Shown in pieces: positions 1-14,256 of a stretch of 64,000 bases of DNA. A program made the position numbers and the translations under genes. Within the stretch, counting starts at the first letter, position 1. The number at the start of each line of letters is the position of its first letter. The DNA is taken from NCBI GenBank assembly GCA_951406725.2, contig OX597828.1, forward strand, positions 27,032,001 through 27,096,000, written 5' to 3'. Origin of the DNA: Octopus vulgaris (lineage: Eukaryota). A model generated the notes under the pieces. That model was not told the DNA's origin. It ran no database searches and saw only the letters and a program-made list of their open reading frames with translations.

Positions 1-412
1 TGGTTCAACAAATATATACTATTGAGACATTATGTTAAAGTTTGAATCCCTTATTTCCATCAGCCATCACCTATTTTTCAAATAAGAGTTATATTTCTAT
101 TCCACTTGACTTCCAAAATGCAGAACTTCAGGATAGCATATACTTCTTTTCAACAGGTAGTGTCAACAGATGTCACCAATTTTTAGCTCAATACTTTTAT
201 ACAAAGCACAGGGTGTAAACATTCTCATGTATGTATTTGTACATTTGACATGTATGTATTCATAGAAAAAACTTCTCAGCGTATTAAAGCTTATAGGATG
301 CCTAACTTTGCATCTGGGACCTGAATTGATTTTTTTGCCACCCTTATTTTAGAAAGAAAAAGTGTGTCTGATATGTCATCACATATGGTAAAATGTCAAC
401 AAGGTTGTGGAC

Positions 413-830
413 ATCATCATCATCATCATCATCGTTTAGCGTCCACTTTCCATGCTAGCATGGGTTGGACGGTTCAACTGGAGTCTGAGAAGCCAGAAGG
501 CTGCATCAGGCCCAGTCTGATCTGGCAATGTTTCTACGGCTGGATGCCCTTCCTAACGCCAACCGCTCCGTGAGTGTAGTGGGTGCTTTTTACGTGCCAC
601 CGGCACAGGTACCAGACAGGGCTGCCAAATGGCCACAATTGGATGGTGCTTTTACGTGCCACCGGCACGGGGGCCAGGCGAGGCTGACAATGGCCACGAT
701 CGGATGGTGCTTTTTACATGCCACCGGCACGAGGCCAGTCGGTACAGCGCTGGCAACGGCTACATTTGGATGGTTCTCTTACGTACCACCGGCACTGGTA
801 TCACAGCTACAATTTCCATTGATGTTGATC
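413..830 (-). mobile_element. SINE-like element, family C ((GAT)n tail, internal repeats of an aaaagcac/ggcacg motif)
   Basis: The minus strand reads ...ggagcggttggcgttaggaagggcatccagccgtagaaac...gtccaacccatgctagcatggaaagtggacgctaaacg(atg)n. Homologous copies lie near 5015-5238(+), 5385-5930(-), 20590-20870(-), 31620-32015(-), 53610-53845(+), 58790-59020(+) and 63870-64000(+). Confidence 0.8.
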
Positions 831-1359
831 GATTTTGATTTTGATTTTTGACAAAAACAGAAAAATAGAACAAAAAGCAGAAAGAGTTCTTGCTATTCAT
901 TTCGTATCTCTCTAGTCTTCGCTCTCTTCACCTTTTACACAATTGGACACGTTTGAAGATTAAAACATTTTTCTGGATTTCTTCAACAGATTCTTTAGTG
1001 TTAACCAGGAAGTTCCATTTGTTTTTTCGGTTTTCGTATCAGCTTCTGAATGAGAAAGAGTTAAACGTTGTTCCACAATACTATGCTCACTTGACCAATA
1101 GTGCAACCATGTATACATCTATATGAGTATATATGGGTGTATATATATATATATATATATATTTATACACATACACACACACGTGTTCATACATTCATAC
1201 ATACATACTCAAACTCTCTCTCCAATACTCATCGATCACTGGCATCACTTCTAATTGGTGATTTCCAGAAGATAGAATTTAGCCAAATTGATTGCCAATC
1301 TTTCTTGCTATCCCTCCCACACTACATGTCTTCTTTTCTCTTACTATCCCTCCCTCCCT

Positions 1360-1401
<42 letters not shown>

Positions 1402-1567
1402 TTACCAATTCCAAATCTCCAGCCAGCCCATCAACCACACCCTCTTTATAACAGTTCAATTATGGAATGCATCCATCCAAAGATGAATTACCATATTATT
1501 TTTTTAATATATATAATTTATCTCCTTATTTATTTTATTTCCTCATATACATGTGTGTGTGTGTGTC

Positions 1568-1609
<42 letters not shown>

Positions 1610-1823
1610 TATACACACACACACGCATACATGTATATATATATTCATGTGTATATATAATATACATACCATACGTGCACATACACACGCACACACATGC
1701 ATACATAGTTGTTTTTTTACTTTTTGACCATTCACCCCCTGACCTCCACCCCACCCATGCGGTTGACCAGTTTCTCATCGGTTAAATGTTTCTCATAACT
1801 TTGTTGAATATCTTTGTAGACAA

Positions 1824-1858
<35 letters not shown>

Positions 1859-2158
1859 CCACAACAACAGCAGAAGCAGTAATACATTTCTCCGAAATCC
1901 TTTATTTTTGCGTGTTTGTGTTTATGCATCTCTATCCATATGTGTGTGTGCGGTATACAAACGCACGCATACCTACACATACTCATTAATTAGACCTTAG
2001 AAATAATTTACATATATGTACAATATTTCTATGGTGCAATTACAGTGTGCGTGTATTTGTGTGTTTGTGCCTGTGGGTAGATTATTTCTGCATGTGTTTG
2101 TGTGTATACATATATGGACATGTGTGTGTGTATGAATATATATATATATATATATATG

Positions 2159-2278
<120 letters not shown>

Positions 2279-3338
2279 TACCTTTAAGTGTATACACATA
2301 CATGTAACACACGTAAGTATATATTTGTGTGTATATGTGCATATCGATATATAAGATGAGTGTACATATACATACAAGTATATATATATGTATATTTATT
2401 TGTCTATGATATATTACTAGGTTGTTGGTTCTTTTCTGTTCATCAATAGTTTTTTCTATATTTTTGTTCCACTTTCTTGTTTTTTTTTTTTAATACATTT
2501 ATTTTTCACAATGAGAGACAAAAGGAAATATTTATCAAAATTTATCAAAAAAAAAAAATTGTTTTTCTTAGTTTTTATTTTTCATGCAATTTTTTTTTTT
2601 TTTTGACAATTTTAGATATCCTCTTCTCATTTTTCTGTATAACTATCTCAACTTTTGCTCATTCACTTTGCTTTCATTTATTTTATAAAAATTATTATTA
2701 TTATTGTCTGGGGATAGGGAGAGGGTGGTGGACATTTTTTTTCTTTTTTGTTTCTTTTTAGTTTAATTTGATTGTTTTTTTGTTTATTTTCTGTTATTGC
2801 TGTTGTACTTGTTACTGTGACTATCTATATCTACTACTCCTCCCCCATTATGTAATTGTTTTGTTTCTTCCTCTTCCTGCTCCCCACCACATTTTTATAA
2901 TACCAAACCAAATTGTAATTGTACCAGATTAAATTTGAACAAATTCATTTCTATCAAGAACTTTCACATCTCCATCATATCTGTGATGAAGTTATTTGCT
3001 CTTGGCCTTCTCTTTCATCTGTTTGGAATCAATAAAAAATAAATACCAGTTGAACACTGGGGTTGATGTAATCGAATAATCTCCTCCCCTAAAATTACTG
3101 GCCCTGTGCTGAAAAATTTGAAAGCATCAAATTTTCAAAATTTTCTGATAATGCATGATTGATTGAAAAAAGTTGAATATACAAGCATAACATTTGGCAG
3201 AGTAATCTGAATGCTAATGGTTGAATTTCAATAATTTTCCTGTTTCTTTTAGTGTTTTATTATCATTCCACTGGAACTGACACTTCAACTAAGATGTTCT
3301 CTCAGTCAAGGGCATCCTTAATCACAATATCTGGGAAA

Positions 3339-3448
3339 GTGCCTCAAAAGTCAGCATTGTACCAGTACTACTACTACTACTACTAACATTAAACCATACA
3401 TGACCAGAGGTGCCTCAAAAGTCAGCGTTGTACCTGTACTACTACAAA

Positions 3449-3498
<50 letters not shown>

Positions 3499-3629
3499 AC
3501 ATTAAACCATACATGACCAGAGGTGCCTCAAAAGTCAGCATTGTACCAGTACTACTACTACTACTACTACTACTACTAACATTAAACCATACATGACCAG
3601 AGGTGCCTCAAAAGTCAGCGTTGTACCTG

Positions 3630-3664
<35 letters not shown>

Positions 3665-3741
3665 ACATTAAACAATACATGACAACCACCATTGAGCCAA
3701 TACTGAGTTGTTTAGTGGATTCGACATATATGGTTTAATGT

Positions 3742-3778
<37 letters not shown>

Positions 3779-3900
3779 GGTACAATGCTGACTTTTGAGG
3801 CACCTCTGGTCATGTATGGTTTAATGTTAGTAGTAGTAATAGTAGTAGTAGTAGTAGTAGTAGTACTGGTACAATGCTGACTTTTGAGGCACCTCTGGTC
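3339..3900. repeat. Tandem array of about 70-110 bp units with a variable (TAC)n core, followed by inverted units
   Basis: The unit gtgcctcaaaagtcagc(a/g)ttgtacc...(tac)n-taacattaaaccatacatgaccagag occurs 4 times on + (3339-3683) and about twice in reverse complement (3726-3900). Confidence 0.95.
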
Positions 3901-4314
3901 TGGAAACTTTTTATAATCCAAGCTGATTTAAAACTGTCTGTATTTCATTTTGAGCGAATTTAATATTTGTTTCATTTACATCAAGATGACCACCCCCATC
4001 TTCAGAAAAATCAATAATCTGGAAAGGCCTTTGGAGCAAAAGGTTCCAGAAAATTGAGGTTGTACCCGTGGTGGTGGTGGTAGTGGTGATTGTCGTAGTG
4101 CTTGTGACAATTTCGGGTGGGGAATGAAGTTGATGGTGTTTCTGAATGTTGATGAATTCATTTTTCCTTGTTGTTGTTGTTGTTGTTGTTGCTTGTCTGA
4201 TTCTCTGTCTGTCTGTGTGTCCCATCTGGGATAATAAGGTCGGAGGTTGAATCTTTAATTAAAATAATACTACCTTGCCAGTCGCAGTTCCATTTTTGCT
4301 AATATATATGACAC

Positions 4315-4346
<32 letters not shown>

Positions 4347-4461
4347 ATGCACACATGCATACTTTTTCTCTCTCATTTTCTCTCTCTTCAGTGTTTATTT
4401 CCTCTCATTGTTTCTCTCTCTTTATTCTCTTCCTTTCCTTCCCTCTCTTTGTTTCGTCTTC

Positions 4462-4496
<35 letters not shown>

Positions 4497-5014
4497 TTTG
4501 TATTCTTAGTCTTTCTACTCTCATTTCATTCTCTCTTCACTTCTCCCTACACTTTTTGTATTCTTTCTTATATTTTCTACACCCTCTTCCTCTCCTTCAC
4601 ACACACATATGCGCACAGGCAACCATTTTTAAGAAGTGGGTCACATGAGACATGGCTCATCATCGGATGAGCCATACAATAACAAGCAATTCTCTAAATT
4701 TCAACTATACACATACATCCATGTACACACAGAGTAAGTGGTGGGATATAATGTCCAGGCAAATACCAAATTTCTCTGAGTAAAATGCCAACACTGGTTC
4801 CTTCACATGGTGTGCTTTTTGGTAAACCCATCCCTTAGCTCTCATCTGATGTTAGAGTTTATTTCTTGGCTACTTAGATGCAACAATATGCAGTTAATGC
4901 AATCGAAAAACATGTCAGACATTTATTATGAAAATGCTAACTGGAAATAAACATTAGGTTTGAATGTTTGAGTTCTTCTTTCTCCTTATTATCAATGTGT
5001 ATGTGTGTGTGTAT

Positions 5015-5236
5015 GAGGTCATTGCCAGTACTGCCTGACTGGCCCCCGTGCCAGTGGCACGTAAAAAGCACCCACTACACTCTCAGGGTAGTTGGCGTTA
5101 AAAAGAGCATCCAGCTGTAGAATCTCTGACAGATCAAGATTGGAGCCTGGTGCAGCCATCTGGTTTGCCAGCCCTCAGTCAAAATCGTCCAACCCATGCT
5201 AGCATGGAAAGTGGACGTTAAACGATGATGATGATG

Positions 5237-5238
<2 letters not shown>
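5015..5238 (+). mobile_element. SINE-like family C, 3' part
   Basis: Contains ggcacgtaaaaagcacccactacactc...ggaaagtggacgttaaacgatgatgatg, matching the other family C copies. Confidence 0.8.
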
Positions 5239-5273
<35 letters not shown>

Positions 5274-6061
5274 GAGAGATTATTTTATTAAAATAAAAAC
5301 AAACTTCACAAAACTGTTACTTAGCTTATCATCATTATCATCATCATTATTGTTATGATATAAAAATATCATCATCATAATCATCATTTATCATCAGTTG
5401 TCCATGCTGGCATGGGCTGGAAGGCTGCACCAGACTCCAGTCTGATTTGGCGGGGTTTTCTATGGCTTGATGCCCTTCCTAACACCAACTACTCCAAAAG
5501 TGAAACAGGTCTTTTATGTGCCACCGGCATGGGCGCCATTTGTGTGACACCAGTATCTGTCATGACTGCCATTTCACTCGGCTTGTTGGGATTACTTCTC
5601 AAGCATGGCCTAATGCCAAATGGACTTGGTCATTACCCCCAAGAGGCCTAACACTTGAAAGGTGCTTTCACGTGCCACCAGCATGTGTGCCATTTGCATG
5701 ACACTGGTATCTGCCATGGCTATGATTCTACTTCGCTTGAGGGTCTTCTTCTCAAGTCCAACATAATGCCAAAGGTCTTGGTCATTGGCTCTGTGAGGCC
5801 CAACATTCAAAAGGAGCTCAACCACTTTGCCTCCGTGAGGCTCAACACTCAAAAGGTGCCTTTTACGTGCCACTTGCACAGGTGCTGGTTACGTGACACC
5901 AGCATCTGAGACTTCGCTTGGCTTGATATAATAACATAAATGAAATTAAAATGTTCAGCTTTAATAACAAAGTGTTTCACTCTGCCTTGTGATTTTCAAG
6001 GAACTATTTTCCCATCTTGTTTTGGACATATGTGCTTACTTGCATACAAATATATATAGTT

Positions 6062-6499
6062 AAGTTGGCTCAAAAAGCAAAAAGCAAGGCCATGTAGGGG
6101 GACATGGAGTTATGTACAGGGAGGGTGTTCATACAAAGAGTTCAGGCCATTTCTGGTCAAGAGAGACTTTGAACCAGCGTGACATAGAGTGGTAGGAATA
6201 TGGCTGCTGTGAGCATTCCGAATGACCGTCGAATCAAAAACAGAACTCCGCGTGCTTTGTTGGCAGCATGGACGCACTGGGCCGAAGGAGTGGTTGGCGT
6301 TAGGAAGGGCATCCAGCTGTAGAAACTCTACCAGATCAAGATTGGAGCCTGGTGCAGCCATCTGGTTCGCCAGTCCTCAGTCAAAATCGTCCAACCCATA
6401 CTAGCATGGAAAGCGGTCCTTTACCTGGTCGGTCCTCTCCAGCAGCAGACGACCCGGCTCGAAATCAAGTTGAGTTGCAGGAAAAGAGCCAACAGGAGA

Positions 6500-6502
<3 letters not shown>
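6062..6502 (-). mobile_element. Rearranged CR1-clade LINE fragment (RT C-terminus plus 3' UTR) interrupted by a family C piece
   Basis: Minus-strand translations are LPVGSFPATQLDFEPGRLLLERTDQVKD, PSAQCVHAANKARGVLFLIRRSFGMLTAAIFLPLYVTLV and FKVSLDQKWPELFV*. The 3' UTR closely matches 25117-25230. Confidence 0.8.
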
Positions 6503-6549
<47 letters not shown>

Positions 6550-7166
6550 TTTTTTCTTTTAATTGTTTTAGTCAATAGGCTGTGGGGCCATGCTGGGGCA
6601 TCACCTTGAAGAGTTTCGTTGACAAAATCAGCCCCTTGCTGAACTGGATGTAAACAAAACAACACTGGCTCTCAATAGTGGTGGTGGTGTGTGTGTGAGG
6701 GACGGGGGAATCACACACTTATAAACGATGGGCTTCCACACAGTTTCTGTCTACCAGATTCACTCCCGTGACACTGTGGGACTGAACCCGAAACCATGTA
6801 TCTGTCTTTGTGTTTGTCCCCTCACTTGACAGCAGGTGTTGGTTTGTTTATCTCTCTATAACTTTGCAGTTTAACCAAGGGGTACTGATAGAATGAGCAC
6901 CAGACCTAAAAGCGAAGTGTCAGGTTTGATTCATTCAAGTGTGACTAAACTCTTCTTGGCAGTGCCCCAGCATGGCCGCAGTTCGGTGAGACTGAAACAA
7001 ATAGAATATTGAAAACACAAACTCATAATCATTTTTGCATGCATCGACCATACTCCTCTTCGTTAGATATACATTCACAGTGTCATGTGTGTACACACAT
7101 GTAGGAATACATACATGTATCATGTGTGCATGTGTATGTCCTTGCATAAATATATCTATCTATCTC

Positions 7167-7197
<31 letters not shown>

Positions 7198-7974
7198 ATA
7201 CATATATATGTATGTATATATATATATTATATATATGCATGTATGTGATATATATGTGTGCATGTATGTGATATATATGTGTATATGTATGTGTGTATAT
7301 ATATATATATGCATGTATGTGATATATATATATGTGTGTATATATATATATATGCATGGTTTTGATATACATATGTGTATATATATATGCATGTATGTGA
7401 TATATATATGTGTATATATATGTATGTATATATATATATATATATATGCATGTATGTGTGTGTATGTATACATACACACACACAAATAGACATAGACATC
7501 CATGTGCACCTACACACACACATGCACAACCTCCTGCTTCTTCAATGTTACACCCCCCTCTCCTTGTTATAAGACTCCCCTTATTCCTCTCATCCTTACT
7601 CCCTCCCTTCCCCACTCAGTCTGATGTGCTCCATTAAGTACAGCGCTCCCCACTACCTCCTCTCCCTCTTCCATTCTCCTCTCTTCCTTCATCTCCTGTT
7701 ACTCTCCCTCTTTACCCTCCCACTCCAACCCATTTTGCCTCCCCTTCCTCCTCTTCTCCCCTTTCACTTGACCTACTCTACCTCCCCCACCCTTCTCTCT
7801 ATTCCTCTCTTTCTCTACACATTACATGCCTCACTTTTCCTCAATCATCTCTCTCTATCATACACACACACACACACGCACTCACACACACACTCTCACA
7901 CATGTTACTTTCATAATCATATGCGCATGCATATGCATGCATTCTCTCTCTTCTCTTCGTCTAAATCACACACA

Positions 7975-8072
7975 CACATACGTACTCACACACGCACATA
8001 CGTACTCACACACGCACATACGTACTCACACACGCACATACGTACTCACACACGCACATACGTACTCACACA
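7975..8072 (+). repeat. 20-bp minisatellite (cacacgcacatacgtactca)n
   Basis: About 4.5 exact tandem copies. Confidence 0.9.
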
Positions 8073-8279
8073 CAACACATATATACCTAGTGTACAAGGT
8101 GTCCCATAAGTAAGACAGCATTTAAACTTGTTTACTATTTGAAAATCTGGCTGACTTAAGAAACACGTGCTGTTTGCTAGCTTGGAGAAGTCCGCATGCA
8201 CTCGCTCTTACAGAAGTTCATACTTAGGTTTAAGGTGTGTGTGTGTATGTCTGTGTATAAATACATACATATATATGTA

Positions 8280-8311
<32 letters not shown>

Positions 8312-8386
8312 GGTTGGGAGAGAGAGGTACATAGATATACATACATGTATAGCTATATAGACATGTGTATGTGTATAAACACATAC

Positions 8387-8465
<79 letters not shown>

Positions 8466-8579
8466 GATAGCTATTCATACATAGATACATAGATGTGTGT
8501 GTGTATATGTATATATATAAAACGAGATCAATAAAAGAAGTACTAGACTAAAATAATTGCAGAGGTTCATATGATTTAG

Positions 8580-8616
<37 letters not shown>

Positions 8617-8944
8617 GGATACACACTACATACATACATACATATATATACACTCTCACACATGCAGTGATGTGTTATAGCATACATGCATTAAGATCTC
8701 CCATAGCCTATGTACATAGAGGTTTAAGCAACATGCATGTGCATACACATACACACACATGCATACAAATGCACAGTTCACACACCATTATACATATACA
8801 TGCTTAGAAGCCTGAAAATGCATGCTGCAGCATGGCCACAGTCAAATGACTGAAACAAGTAAAAGTAAAAGAATATACTCACACCAATTCTCACAGCAAA
8901 ATTATGCACACTTTATATATACTCTTACTCCTTTACTCTCTCTC

Positions 8945-9155
8945 TCTTTTACTTGTTTCAGTCATTTGACTGTGGTCATGCTGGAGCACCGCCTTTACTC
9001 GAGCAACTCGACCCCGGGACTTATTCTTTTGTAAGCCCAGTACTTATTCTATCGGTCTCTTTTTGCCGAACCACTAAGTAACGGGGACATAAACACACCA
9101 GCATCGGTTGTCAAGCAATGCTAGGGGGACAAACACAGACACACAAACATACACG

Positions 9156-9213
<58 letters not shown>

Positions 9214-9374
9214 ACAGGCTTCTTTCAGTTTCCATCCACCAAATCCACTCACAAGGCTTTGGTTGGCCCGAGGCTATAGTAGAAGACACTTGCCCAAGGT
9301 GCCACGCAGAGGGACTGAACCCGGAACCATGTGGTTGGTAAACAAGCTACTTACCACACAGCTACTCCTGCGCC
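8945..9374 (-). mobile_element. tRNA-headed SINE, family A, full length
   Basis: Head gcaggagtagctgtgtggtaagtagcttg...gggttcagtccc has A/B-box-like motifs. It is followed by the CORE-like gtggcaccttgggcaagtgtctt, an internal (TA)n/(TG)n tract and the tail ggcggtgctccagcatgaccacagtcaaatgactgaaacaagtaaaag. Confidence 0.9.
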
Positions 9375-9405
<31 letters not shown>

Positions 9406-9885
9406 TTATACATGCATAAAGACCTGGCAGGGTACACACACACATATACATATGTACATATGCACACTGACAACATAACATTATGCACACACACGCACAC
9501 ACCCACACAGAAACTGACACATGTTGGTGTATTCCGTGATATAACCTTCACACATACACACGCATAGGCTTAATATGCAGATGTGTCATCATAGACACAC
9601 ATAGGGAACATAAAATATACATACATGCACCTTTATACTCCTATTGTCTAAGGCCTACAGAGTGTTACTTAAGAAAGTGAAAAACACACACACACACACA
9701 CATATAAATAACACACACACACATTTGGAAGGAAATATACACACAGTAAAGACCTGTACAAGAATACACACACATATACTAAAGCACACACTTAAACATG
9801 CATGTGTGTGTGTGTGTGTGTGTTTATACATACACACACACACCAACAGCTGGCTGAAAGCAGCATTTACTCAGACAAGGCAGAT

Positions 9886-9919
<34 letters not shown>

Positions 9920-11400
9920 AGATGCTCATACACACATGCATACACATATAAATTTATACATGAAGCATTATACATTCATACTAAATCACATAAACACATA
10001 TTGTGTAAATTGCTTCTAGATAGAGCACCATACGTGTTGTCTAATACACACACACACACACACACATTTTGAAACAGACACACACACACACATACATTTT
10101 GAAACAGACACACACGCACGCACATGTACACATATAATTACAGAACTATTTGCTTTGAGATATTACACCGCATACGTTATTATACAGACACACTGAAAGC
10201 CTAAGAAATCTCTGTTATACATGCATACGCAATACGAACTGACATATACTTACCTGCTCACATACAAAAATTCATTTGCATACATAGATTCATACACACG
10301 CACACACATATATATACATACATCTATTTACAGACATACACATTTTCCTTCTTTTGTTCACAAAAGCCCACATTTACACACGTACCATTGCATACAATTT
10401 AACAACCACATTCACACACATACACTTGAACACTCACTCTTACAGACCAACATATATGTGCACATACACACGTATCCATATACCTACACACATACGTAGA
10501 TACATACAAATCTTTATGAGTTTATTTGTATGTTTTCTGGTTGATTAATTAGACCATAAAAACAGTGAATAAATTGAATATCTGCATTCTTTTGATGGTT
10601 TTTCTGCTGTCTGCAAGATAGTTCCTCATTACAACTGTCTGTACTCTACCAGACATTTTCAATGGTAGCTTAGTAGTTTCCACAAGTTTTGGTAACTCTC
10701 TTCTCTGGCCAGTACGCCCAGTACCCAGGTGATAGTATTCTACCCATTATAGGGTAACTTCTATACTCTTGTACAAATTTTAATAATAGCTTTTATGCTG
10801 ATTATGACATCATGTCTTTTAATAGAAATCCCTATGATTGCATCTACCAATTGTGGTAGCATCCTCTCTGGTTGAAAAACTAAAGATGAAGATAATTTCT
10901 CACAGCCAGCAACATGATTTTGGGTTTGGCTTCGCTGCAGGGCAATTTGGACAAGTGTCTTCAAGAAGCCAATCAAAAGCTTTTTACTGAATTTGGCAGA
11001 TGGAAACTGAAAGAAGCCTGTTACATTTACATATGGGTAGGAATATCTGTGTGTAAGAATGTTTGCTTGCCAAGCACATGGTTTTGGGTTCAGTCCTCTT
11101 GGATAGGTATCTTCTACTCTGGCGCCAACCCTTGTGAGTGAATTTGGCAGATGGAAGCCAAAAATCTGTTATGCATATATAGATGCAGGCTTGCTTGTGT
11201 AGTAAGATGTTCGCTTCCAATCACATGGTTCTAGATTCAGTCCTACTTCTAATGTAGCCCCTTATTCTAGAAGATATTCTGCTGGTGAGTTATAGAATAT
11301 AAGGACACCACAACAATTCTCAGTGCAATTTTTATGATGAGTTCCACCAAATATATCAACATTTTTTCTCAAAACTGTTGTTTAGGTGATATCTGCCTAG

Positions 11401-11600
11401 TACAGGGTCACCCCGCAAAAAACAGAACCTACAAATGTTTGAATAAAATGACGCAGAGGGATAGATTGAGATGAACAATGGTTCCAGCAAGATGGGGCCA
11501 CCCCCTACACATCAAATGACTCCCTAGAGAGAGCAATTTCAGGAGAGACTGATCGGCAGGAAGTGTAATGTTGAGTGGGCACTGCATTCACTTGAACCTC
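11401..11600 (+). mobile_element. Internally deleted Tc1/mariner-superfamily remnant
   Basis: Starts with a TA-cagggt TIR-like end. Translates to QWFQQDGATPYTSNDSL...FQERLIGRKCNVEW, resembling the WFQQDGA second-Asp motif and the region before WPPxSPDL. Confidence 0.7.
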
Positions 11601-11607
11601 CATATAG

Positions 11608-11657
<50 letters not shown>

Positions 11658-12539
11658 ACACATAATGGTTGTGTACTTGTTAGACTAATGCTGACAAGTG
11701 TTAAGTGTCAGCAATGTCTGTGCAAAGTTCTTGTATCAAGTGCAGCTTGCATTATACCACAATGACTCTCATAAGGGATACCAAGACTCAGAGTCAAGCA
11801 AAGAACAAAATGTCTGGTTCAGTGGAACAGTTGCTTTTATATATGAGTTAGCCTTCTATAAGAATGCCTTGACAAAGACCAGGGGCTCCTCATTCCCAGT
11901 GGGTTTACGACACGCTCAAGCATCAACCCAAGTATTTCTACATCCCATCACACACATACACATACATTATATATTTCCATGACAAGCTTCCATGCAATTT
12001 TTATTCTACCAAATTCCCTCACAAGGCATTGGCTGGCCCAAGTCTACAGTGGACGACCCTGACACTACAAAGTTGCTAAGCATGCCTTTTAACCACATAG
12101 CCATTGCCTGTGTGCCTGCAGCGTTATCTTGTTTCGGTCACTAGACTGTGGCCATTCTGGGGCACCAGCTTGAAGAATTTTCGGTTAAATGAATCATCCT
12201 CAGTGCTAATATTTTTTTCTAAAGCACGGAACCTATTCTATCAGTCTCTTTTTGCTAAACTGCTAAGTTACAGGGACATAAATGCACCAACAGTGGTTGT
12301 CATGTGAAGATGTGGTTTAAACACACTCACACAGACACATACGATGAGCTTCTTTCTGTTTCCGTCTACCAAATCCACTCACAAGGCTTTGGTCAAGCTG
12401 AGACTATAGTAGATGACACTTGCCTGAAGTTTCACACAGTGGAACTGAACCCAGATCCATGTGGTTGGGAAACAGACTTCTTACCTCAAAGCCATGTCTG
12501 TGCCTTGTTATGTGGAGTTTTTTGGGGTTTTTTTTCTTT

Positions 12540-13000
12540 TTTATGAATATTTTAATGCATCCAACTTATTTGATATATTCCACCTATTTGGTTCTACCCA
12601 TCTGGAATATATCGGTGACTTCGAATATATTCCAGATGGTCATCATTGAGCAAGGATACCATTGGTCAGTTCTGCTACATCAAAACAAATGAGTTCTTGG
12701 AGATTTCAATAGCAGCTTTTAGAAGCAATAATAGTATTCTATGATTGGACCTCATTCTTCAGTCACGATTTCCATCAGTTATGTTAATTCTTGGTTCGTA
12801 TGACTTGACATAATTGATGACATTTTTTTCTGTTCCTGCTGAGAATCATTCCGATTTTTAGCATTCATACTTTACTATCATTATTTGAATTATTATAACC
12901 ATTCTTGTTATAGATTTTGCAAGTTATGGCATCTCCACAGATCCAGAGACTTTTGTAACTTATTTTGGTTCCTGTTCTTATAAAAATTCCAATGATAGTT
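12540..13000 (-). mobile_element. Possible highly decayed R4/Dong-like LINE fragment
   Basis: Only patchy minus-strand similarity to the restriction-like endonuclease region, with many stops. Confidence 0.3.
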
Positions 13001-13985
13001 GTTATTTTGCAAGACTACTTTGACAGAGCAGGTATTTCAACATAGAAGTTCCATCTATGGCCACCTCATTTTTACAGACAATTTCTGTAGTACCCCAAAA
13101 GGATGAAAGGCAAAATCAACCCCTGCTGAATTTGATTGACAAAACCCTGCTAAGCATCTTGCCTCTCAAGCTAATGATTCTACCGACTTTCTGCCTTACT
13201 CTCATTAGTAATATTTCTAGCTAAACATCTTATTCTTAAAAGAGACAATATGGTATAATGTGAGGGATGTTTTGCTGCTTTTTCTAGTAGGTCAGGTAAC
13301 CCTGGAAATGCTGAGTGACTGAACTGAAGATCTTGTGGTAGATTCTTCTGGTCTGTGCTGCTCCGTTTGCTGTCAAATATGTGACACAGTTTCATTTCCT
13401 TTATGAAGTGATTTCATTTCCTTTCCATTTCCTTTACTTTTAAAAAGACCAATGACATCACACATCACACACTGTTCAAGTTACATATGATATGAGGTAC
13501 TGACATGGCTGTGTCATAAACATGTTCACTTCCTTGGTCTCAGGTTCACTTTCGCTACATGGTACCCTGGGCAAATATCTTCTACAATAGTCCTTGGTTG
13601 ATGAAAGAATTTGGTGGATGGTGAAAAAACGATGTGAATGCCCATCATGTATATGTGTGTGTGTAAGTGCAGGTGTGTCTGTGTAGTAAGAAGTTTGCTT
13701 CTCAACTACATGGGTCCAGGTTCAACCCTACTACATGGCACCTTTGGCAAATATTTTCTACTATAGCCTCGGACTAACCCAAAACTTCTGAGTGTTACAC
13801 AAAACCTGAAAGAAGCCCTTTGTATATACGTGTGTGTGTGTGTGTGTGTGCTTTTGTGTTTGTATTTGTCCTCCTCTGCTGCTTGACAGCTGGTGTTGGT
13901 ATTACAGTTCTATATTTGAGAGATTAAGGAATTATGTACATTATTTACATTTGACAGATATTTGTCCACATCTTGTTTGTAGTTA

Positions 13986-14029
13986 ACACAGTGTTTCGGC
14001 TGATATACTCTCCAGCTTTCATCAGGTGT
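13986..14029 (-). ncRNA. Minimal type I hammerhead ribozyme motif (degenerate)
   Basis: Reads ACAC CTGATGA AAGCTG gagagtatat CAGCC GAAAC ACT GTGT. Stem I (ACAC/GTGT), stem II (GCTG/CAGC) and the core are intact, but the cleavage triplet is altered. Confidence 0.75.
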
Positions 14030-14095
14030 CCTGGGGGAATTTCGAACCTGGGTTCTCATTCTTCAGGTATTTTTCCAATGTTGTTGTTATTGTTG

Positions 14096-14127
<32 letters not shown>

Positions 14128-14256
14128 GTTATTATTATTATTATTATTCAGGTCACTGCCTGGAATTGAACTTGGAATCTTGGGGTTAGCAGCCCGTGCT
14201 CTTAACTCCTACACCATATACTCATGCCATATAACCCCACACCATATACCTCCAGG

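Noticed and set aside
953-1050. Possible terminal exon on minus (ADTKTEKTNGTSWLTLKNLLKKSRKMF*) after a pyrimidine-rich AG
   Set aside because: It is short, has no recognisable homology and no partner exons were found.
3339-3900. CRISPR-like repeat/spacer appearance
   Set aside because: The spacers are (TAC)n microsatellite rather than unique sequence, the context is eukaryotic and there are no cas genes.
3911-4260. Minus-strand ORFs with poly-Q/T/P as a possible host exon
   Set aside because: There is no recognisable domain, two overlapping frames are equally plausible and there is no splice evidence. It cannot be excluded without RNA-seq.
14151-14222. tRNA gene (likewise the other SINE heads)
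   Set aside because: There is no complete cloverleaf or acceptor stem, and each is embedded in a repeat as its Pol III head.
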